Source: Malacoraja senta | Taxonomy: Eukaryota | Assembly: GCA_038087875.1 (NCBI GenBank) | Contig: JAXLNO010000416.1 | Location: forward strand, 62,001-126,000 | Length of the DNA: 64,000 bases | Direction of reading: 5' to 3' | The notes under the pieces: model-generated | Database searches by the model: none | The model's input: only the letters and a program-made list of their open reading frames with translations | What the model was told of the DNA's origin: nothing | Translations under genes and position numbers: made by a program | Part shown: positions 62,760-64,000 of the stretch, in pieces | Position numbering within the stretch: position 1 is the first letter of the stretch | Layout of the letters: each line of letters starts with the position of its first letter

Positions 62760-64000
62760 CAATTCCCGTTTAAAATAGTAAATGAAAAATTTAAATATCT
62801 AGGAATTTATGTCACGAAGACATATGCATCATTATTTAAATTAAATTTTCCCCCTTTACTGAATAAACTTCATAAGAATATTCAGTACTGGAAAACACTT
62901 CCTATTTCAATGGTTGGTAAAATTAATGCCATAAAAATGATTTTTCTACCGCAAATATTATACCTTTTTCAAACAATTCCGATATACTTGCCAAAAATCT
63001 TTTTCAAAAAGTTGGATTCCATTATTACTGATTTTATCTGGGATTATAAGAATCATAGGATAAGCAAAAAACATTTGTGCAAATCAAAAATAAATGGAGG
63101 TTTAGTTTTACCAAATTTTGTTGTTTTATTTTTGGGCAGTTAACATTAAAAATATGAATTTTTAGTTGGAAGAAATAGATCAACAACCGGATTGGTTAAA
63201 AATGGAAAAGGAAGATTGTTTACCCTTTGAAATTGGCTCGATACTATTTGCTACTTCGAAATTGAACAAAAAATGTATAGTGAAAATCCTATAATATACA
63301 GTGGTGTGCGAATTTGGAAACAATTAAAAAAGACATTAAAATTGGATAATTTATCACTTTTTCTTCCCATTGTAAATAACCCTTTATTTAAACCTTCTTG
63401 GTTGGATAAAGGTTTCATACAATGGAAAAATTATGGAATTAAAATGATGGGACAACTTTATAAGAAAGGCACTTTTCTGTCATTTCAGGAGCTACAATAG
63501 GCTTATGGACTCCATTTAAATGAATTTTTCAGATATCTACAACTTAGAGATTGTTAAAGCAAATACTCAAAACTTTAGAACTAGAGATTCAGAAATCCTT
63601 GATGACTGTTTGAATAAACATCCTAATACAGAAAAATCAATATCTCACATTTATAATACCTTATTAGATAGTGAGATACCATCGACGGACTTATATAGGC
63701 AAACATGGGAAAAGAAACTAAATCAAACAATAACGAAAGATACTTGGGAAGAAAGTTTACAACACATACATCAATGTTCATTAAATGCCAGACACTCTCT
63801 AATACAATTCAAAGTATTGCATAGATTACATTATTCTAAAACAAAACTAAATACAATCTTCCCACATATCTCCCCTGTTTGTGATAAGTGTCAACATTTA
63901 GATGCTAACTTAACTCATACATTTGCGAATTGTATAAAAATTTAAAAATTCTGGGCAGACATTTTTAGAACAATATCTATAGTTGTCAACACTCAATTGG
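62760..64000 (+). mobile_element. L1-clade LINE ORF2 C-terminal region, degraded, running off the window
   Basis: FKYLGI, GKINAIKMIFLPQILYLFQ, NGGLVLPNF, QFKVLHRLH and C-terminal CDKC..H...C knuckle. Confidence 0.88.

Overview
Repeat-dense vertebrate DNA, inferred to be from a cartilaginous fish (probably a skate or ray) because of its HE1-like SINEs, HER1/CR1 LINEs and Penelope-derived tails. I found no convincing cellular protein-coding gene. The dominant structure is a large inverted duplication: left arm <1-18470, right arm 28189-48304. Between the arms lie a ~9.5 kb spacer and a 200-N assembly gap (27989-28188). Each arm has private events. A young CR1 (121-1976) is only in the left arm. 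An almost intact Ty3/Gypsy element (42283-47015; 210-bp LTRs with one mismatch, GGCAG TSD, single gag-pol ORF) and a 1.23-kb microhomology deletion are only in the right arm. The rest is CR1, L2, L1, Rex1 and Penelope fragments, hAT and Harbinger-type MITEs, a Tc1 remnant and simple repeats. The most interesting signals are: a dispersed family of minimal hammerhead-ribozyme motifs tied to Penelope ends; a thrice-copied CpG-rich promoter-like cassette; a tandem YY1-motif array; an octamer-rich satellite; and a candidate short spliced non-coding transcript in the spacer. Together these suggest, by inference only, a possible fold-back, transposon-silencing small-RNA source locus. A false haplotype duplication at the gap must be excluded first.
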